Shown here: piece by piece, positions 56,688 to 64,000 of the stretch
Position numbering within the stretch: the stretch's first letter is position 1
Layout of the letters: every line of letters begins with the position of its first letter
Assembly (NCBI RefSeq): GCF_009914755.1
Contig: NC_060943.1
Length of the DNA: 64,000 nucleotides
Direction: 5' to 3' (one strand)
Source: the human T2T-CHM13v2.0 reference genome, Homo sapiens
Position numbers and translations under genes: made by a program
Notes under the pieces: model-generated
The model's input: the letters and a program-made list of their open reading frames with translations, nothing else
The model's database searches: none
Told to the model about the DNA's origin: nothing

Positions 56688-57304
56688 TGAGTCTCTGCCT
56701 CCTTGGAAGCTCCAAGCTCCCATCTCAGCTCCAACCTTCTCTAAAGCCTCAGACTCCTTTTGGTCTAGCTGGGGCCCAAATGCCCCTGAACTCTCTCCAC
56801 TCCCACTCCTGCTTACCACCTGATAGGCCACATCCTCGAGAGTTGGTCTCTGGACACGGCCACGTGTCAGTTTACCCACCTCTGCCCCCTTGCTCACTTA
56901 GGAATTGAGATGATGACAGGTCCTCCTTCCCACTGGTTAATGTGAGGATTTAAAAGAATTATCACACATAAAGTGCTTAGAGCAAAATCTGGAACATAAA
57001 AACTTTCAGCAACTTACATCTGATGGTATCTCCAGCCTGTCCCAGGTCCAGTGCCTTTGGCAGATAAACCACCTCAGTTTTCAGCCTCCTGCTCGTCTAC
57101 TTTGCAAACGATTGACCGTCAAGCCCGGGTTTGAGCCTGACTCACTCCAGAACTCTGGTTTATGGCTGTACACTTGCTTAGATACTTACACTGGCCCCCA
57201 CCGCCTTTGATCGAAGCAATTGCTGCTGAAAAATAAAGCCTTTCTGTGGCTCTAGACCTGCCTCTTAGTTAAGCAGTTTTTTGTTTGTTTGTTTTTTGAG
57301 ATAG

Positions 57305-57559
<255 letters not shown>

Positions 57560-57879
57560 TGAGCCACTGTGCCTGGCTCGTTGGTTAAGCAATTTTTATG
57601 GGAATGATGTAATCGTCAGCACTTAGCATTGACTAGATTTATTATGCGCAATCTGCGAAGTGTCTCACACACACTATTTTCATTTAAACCTCATGCGGAC
57701 CTGTGGGGTAGGTACTGTTACTATCAGCTCCGTTTCATAGGGCTGGGAAGACAGAGAGGGGGTCATCACTTGCCCAAGGTCATTCAGCTAAAACCTGGAC
57801 CCACACAACTGCAGAGTCTGTGCTTGCTCCTCTCTGCCATACTGCCTGCTGCCTCAGGATCCCCGTCCCCGACTCCCAG

Positions 57880-58027
57880 GTACTTCCGGAACCTGTGCTC
57901 AGATGACACCCCCATGGTGCGGCGGGCCGCAGCCTCCAAGCTGGGGGAGTTTGCCAAGGTGCTGGAGCTGGACAACGTCAAGAGTGAGATCATCCCCATG
58001 TTCTCCAACCTGGCCTCTGACGAGCAG
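57880..58027 (+). CDS. PPP2R1A: PPP2R1A exon 5 (148 nt, [20 protein letters not shown]...SDEQ)
   Basis: cccAG|G TAC acceptor; CAG|GTGAG donor; contains P179, R182 and R183. Confidence 0.97.
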
Positions 58028-58148
58028 GTGAGTTTTGCTTCCTGGCCCTCTGCTCTCCCGTCCTTCTGGTGGTTCCTGCCCATGAAAGAGAATCCCAGAG
58101 CTCAGCAAGGCCTCTGCTGCCCTCCCACTGTTCCTCTCCTCTCCCTAG

Positions 58149-58346
<198 letters not shown>

Positions 58347-58650
58347 TGACACTCTCAGAAGGGAAGCATATAGGAGCTGAGGTTTCCATTAGGCCGATGG
58401 AACCATTGGGCGTTTGAGCAATAAGATCTCTATGATCATCTAACTGCGTCTCGCTTCGTGTGCCAATCCTGGTTGATTGACATGGCATCTTAAAGTGCTG
58501 CCTTGAGAAAGATTCTGAGGCAAAGTTAAGGCTACGTGGAGGAAAGTGCCACAGGAGCAGAGAAGGGTAGCACATGTGGGGTGTTCCTGACATAATCAAG
58601 CTGTCCTTTCACAAAGGGGAAGACAGCCCAAAAAGGTGGGGTTTTTTGGT

Positions 58651-58687
<37 letters not shown>

Positions 58688-58708
58688 GGAGTCTGTCGCC
58701 CAGGCTAG

Positions 58709-58801
<93 letters not shown>

Positions 58802-60026
58802 TGAGGGACTGGGATTACAGATGCCCACCACGACACCCGGCTAGTTTTTGTATTTTTATTAGAGACGGGGTTTCACCATGTTGTTAGCCAGGCTAGTCTC
58901 GAACTCCTGACCTCAAGCGATCCGCCTGCCTTCATCTCCCAAAGTGCTGGGATTACAGGTGTTAGCCACCGCGCCCAGCCCCGGAAAGTTTAATTAACTG
59001 ATCAGAGTGACACTACCAGCCAGGCAGAAAGGGGACAAGACTCCAGGTCTGTGACTCTCAGGACAGTGCTCCTTCCACAGGGATCCAGATTGCCTCATCC
59101 CACAAACATGTTTGCTGAGCACCAGCTATTTGCTGGGCCAGTGAATTCGGATCATTCCTGGCCTTCATGGAGCTAGGCAGTCTGAAGGGGAAGACTGACT
59201 TAGGGGAAATTTGATTATAAAGTGTCACAGGTGTGGGACAGACAGACAGATGTGGGGCCTTGGAAGCATTGAGGAGGGGAGGTGGTGTTACAGCTGGTTC
59301 TAGAAGATGAGTGGGTAAGAGCTAAGATAGGAACTTTGTTCCAGCCAGAGGACAAAGAACCCTGGGAGGTGAGAGCAAGTGCAAGCAGGAACATTCAGGC
59401 CTGATCTTGATGGCCCAGCCTGAGAGAAAGCAGGAGAGAGGGCAGGGTGGGATCGGAGAGAGGGCAGGGTGGGATCAGAGAGGCCTTGAGTGCCACTCCA
59501 CCCTGAGGCGCCCTTTGCCTTTAATTATGCTGGTTCCCACTGGCATTTGCGGGAAGGACTCAGAGCTTCAGAATAGCGTACCATCACCACAGTTAGGGAA
59601 GGTTCTTCCCATCCTTGTCTCCTGAGCTGCATAAACTGTGTCACACTGGGTCTTAGAATAAAAATTCCATGAGGGCAGGAATTTTAGGCTGTTAAACCAG
59701 TTCTTGGCACATAGTAGACATTCAGTAAATATTTGCAAGATGAATAAAAGGCAGTATTTTCCCAAGATATCATGAGGTCCTTCAAGATTTTTACTTGTTC
59801 ATTCCCGTCTTCATAATGAACTGTCCTGCTTCCTACCAGGTCTTCAGGAACCAGCTTTGCAGCAGGAGCCGTGCGTCTTTCCATGCCTGGTGCCATGAAA
59901 CAGGCAGGGCCAAGCGTGCCTCCCTTTTTTTTTTTTTTTAAGACAGAGTCTCAGTCTTTTGCCCAGGCTGGAGTACGGTGGCACAAGCTCAGCTGACTGC
60001 AACCTCCACCTCCCAGACTCAAGTGA

Positions 60027-60221
<195 letters not shown>

Positions 60222-60928
60222 TAGAGTGCCTTCCTTTCTGTCAATCTTTATTGTTTTATTTTTATTTTGAGACAGGGTCTCACACCATCACCCAGGCTGG
60301 AGTGCAGTGGCACAGTCACGGCTCACTGCAGCCTTGACCTCCTGGGCTCAGGTGATCCTCCCACTTCAGCCTTCTGAGTAGCTAGGACGATAGGTGCCTG
60401 CCCCCACACCCGGCTAATTGTTTTGTTTTTTTTGTAGAGTCAGGGTTTCACTGTGTTGCCCGGGCTGGTCTTGTTCTCTGGGACTCAAGCGATCTGTCCA
60501 CCTCAGCTTCCCAAAGTGCTGGGATTATAGGCATGAGCCATCGCACTTGGCCTATTGTTTTATTTTCATTACAAAAGTAATTCGTGCTTCTGGTAACAGA
60601 TCTTTAAGAAATACAGCCATATATAAATCAAAAAGTTGCAGTCACTATATCATTTGAATGTTTTTGAATCAGGTAACAGAAAACTTAACCTCAGTAGCCT
60701 GAATAATATGGAAATGTGTTATTTTTAATGCTGACAACACCGTGAGGTAGGTGCCCTCGCAGTCCTCATTTTTCTTTGGAAGCAAAAGAGGCTCAGCGAG
60801 GTGAAGAGCCTTGCCCCGGGGCCAGTCTTGGCACTCGAATTAGATTTTAGCACTGCTTCCAAGGCCCACGCTCTGTCCCCTAATTCTGGTGCCTTCACTT
60901 TGATTTTGGCTTCCTTAGCCCAGAGTAA

Positions 60929-61347
<419 letters not shown>

Positions 61348-61666
61348 TAGTCAGCTGCAAACTAGGTTCCCAGCCCTCTGGGACCAGGCAGCTCTTGGGT
61401 TTCAAGCAGTTAGGGGTCCTGACTGCAGCTTGAGGCTGACCTTAAAGGTGGAAGTACTTTCTAGAACCTCAGATGTCACTGAGTCCTGTCATTCACAGGG
61501 TTTTGGGGTTGGAGTGGGGGCTGCTGAGAGCAGGGGTCATTGAACTCTTAAGTAGGTGGTACTCATAAGGAATAGTGATTTCCCCTGTACCCTAAGCCAT
61601 CCCCTGCTCTATGAATGAGAGGGGCAGAAGCAGGTTATTGTCTCTTAGGAGTTGGCATCTGCTTAG

Positions 61667-61921
<255 letters not shown>

Positions 61922-62101
61922 TAGGGTTTACCTAGATTGACCAGGAATCTGCTGATATCTCAACAGACATCCAGATCTTTGCTGAGTTGCATGTTTGTGG
62001 GCATAGCTGTGTGTTCATGCGTTCATTCCTCCAGGCACTCTTCATGAGGCCTTTCCTGGACATGGAGGATATGAAAAATAGAAATTTAAAGTTTTTATTT
62101 A

Positions 62102-62398
<297 letters not shown>

Positions 62399-62418
62399 TT
62401 ATTTATGTTTTGAGATAG

Positions 62419-62553
<135 letters not shown>

Positions 62554-64000
62554 TAGATAATTTTAAAAAACATTTTCCATAGAGACAAGATATTATGTTG
62601 CCCAGGTTGGTCTTGAACTCCTGATCTCAAGCAGTCCTTTTGCCTTGGCCTCCAAAGGCCTGGGATTATAGGCGTGAGCCGCTGCCCCCAGCCTAGAATA
62701 AGAGTTTTGATCCCCAAAAGCCTTCAGAGACTGGCAGTGGAGAGAGACAGGCAGTCCCATGATGCCATTAAGGTGTTACAGGTGCTGTTAAGGATGAGTT
62801 CATGTTTTTTAGGGTTTAGGCTAAGGTGCTCTAATATAGACCCCAGAATACATTCTGGCTTAAATTCGGTGGTGGATTTTTTTTCTCTCTCTCATAACAG
62901 TCTAGGACGAGATTCCTCACATGTGCTTGCACCCCATACACCCATTGGCCAGGAGGGTCACGTGACCACACCCAGCAGTTCAGGTTGCCTGTATTACAAA
63001 GGATGAGAGGCGGTGCTGGGTGATGACTGGAGAGATCATCAGGGTGACCACTGGGGAAGGAGTTTGGACTTGACTGTGGGCAAGCGGAAGAGCCAGAATA
63101 GAGTTGGTGTTAGAAGGCACCCTGAGGCTTATGTGAAGGAAGGATTGAAGTGAGGTGGCCAGCAGCAGTGTAGGCAGACCAAACCGGAGGCTGTGGGAGT
63201 CTGGAAGGCTGAGGCTAGACTAAGTGGTATGTAGAGATGAGGCTGCATTGATACGGAAGGATTCAAGATTGTTCAGGAGGCAGAAGGGACCACGTGGTGG
63301 TTTTTGCCTTGGTGGTGAAAAACTGGGCAGATGGTGCAATTGTGTGCTGGTGTGTGACATCTTTCCCAAAAGATGGGAAGTGTGTGAGGCTTCCCAAAAG
63401 CCTCAGTCTTTCTTCCCCATCCCCTTCTTTCTTTTTTATACACAGGCGCCCACACAGTCTGCTAGAAAGTTGGAGGAAATACTGTAACAGAAAGTACTGC
63501 ATCACATTTCAGTCCTCCATGCCCCTAAAAGTTACGTTATTCAATTCTGTTACAGTGGAGTAATCTCTTAGCCCCAGAATTACAGTGAATTTTTTAATAC
63601 ATTGAAAAGAGTGCGCTATTTTTAATATTTTTTTGTTCTTTTTGTTTTTCCCTATTAGTGGGTGATTAACTGTACTGGTTTTAATCAGTTAATTACGTCA
63701 GTTGCTAAAAGTCTGAATCTTCATTAGTGTTCATGACAAATTTTATGACTTAAGTAATTTATCTGAGTTATGCTTCACATGCACATAGTTTTTATAATTT
63801 TATAGATATTAATACAATTTATATTTGTTTTTGATGCTTTAATGGGCATAATTTGGCAGGTGAGAGCCCCTCAAGTTGTCTGCTATGTCATTTCACACCT
63901 CTCCAGCGTTTTGGGGATCATTTTGCCTCTGGCATGAGGGAAGGATCCAGGCTCAGCCCAGTTTGAAGGCAAGCCCATACGTGCTGCAAGTGCGCTAGGA

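Overview
Human (primate) genomic DNA, recognisable as the ZNF836 / PPP2R1A junction in the 19q13.41 KRAB zinc-finger cluster. The minus strand carries the whole coding sequence of ZNF836 in 3 coding exons (13265-13279, 5679-5805, 86-2754). Spliced, these give 936 aa: KRAB-A plus 25 C2H2 units, one degenerate. Its GC-rich promoter lies at about 16.1-17.0 kb. The plus strand carries the CpG-island promoter and coding exons 1-9 (codons 1-376) of PPP2R1A, the PP2A scaffold A-alpha, which continues beyond the window. All junctions are GT-AG and phase-consistent. The rest is dominated by repeats: dozens of Alus, two HML-6 (LTR3) solo LTRs, an LTR7 solo LTR nested with Alus, four MER21 copies, MaLR, L1, MIR/L2 and minisatellites. 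Nearly all short ORFs in the track are Alu or low-complexity artefacts. I do not see a new multi-gene system. The best leads are small: an 88-bp minisatellite that repeats a TGACGTGCACGTCA palindrome, a templated Alu micro-insertion with an identifiable donor, a possible KRAB-only isoform, possible alternative PPP2R1A first exons, an Alu target-site duplication (TSD) that copies a splice donor, and unexplained 48-bp inverted and 82-bp direct repeats. Repeat family names come from recalled consensus sequences; their boundaries are approximate unless TSDs are given.
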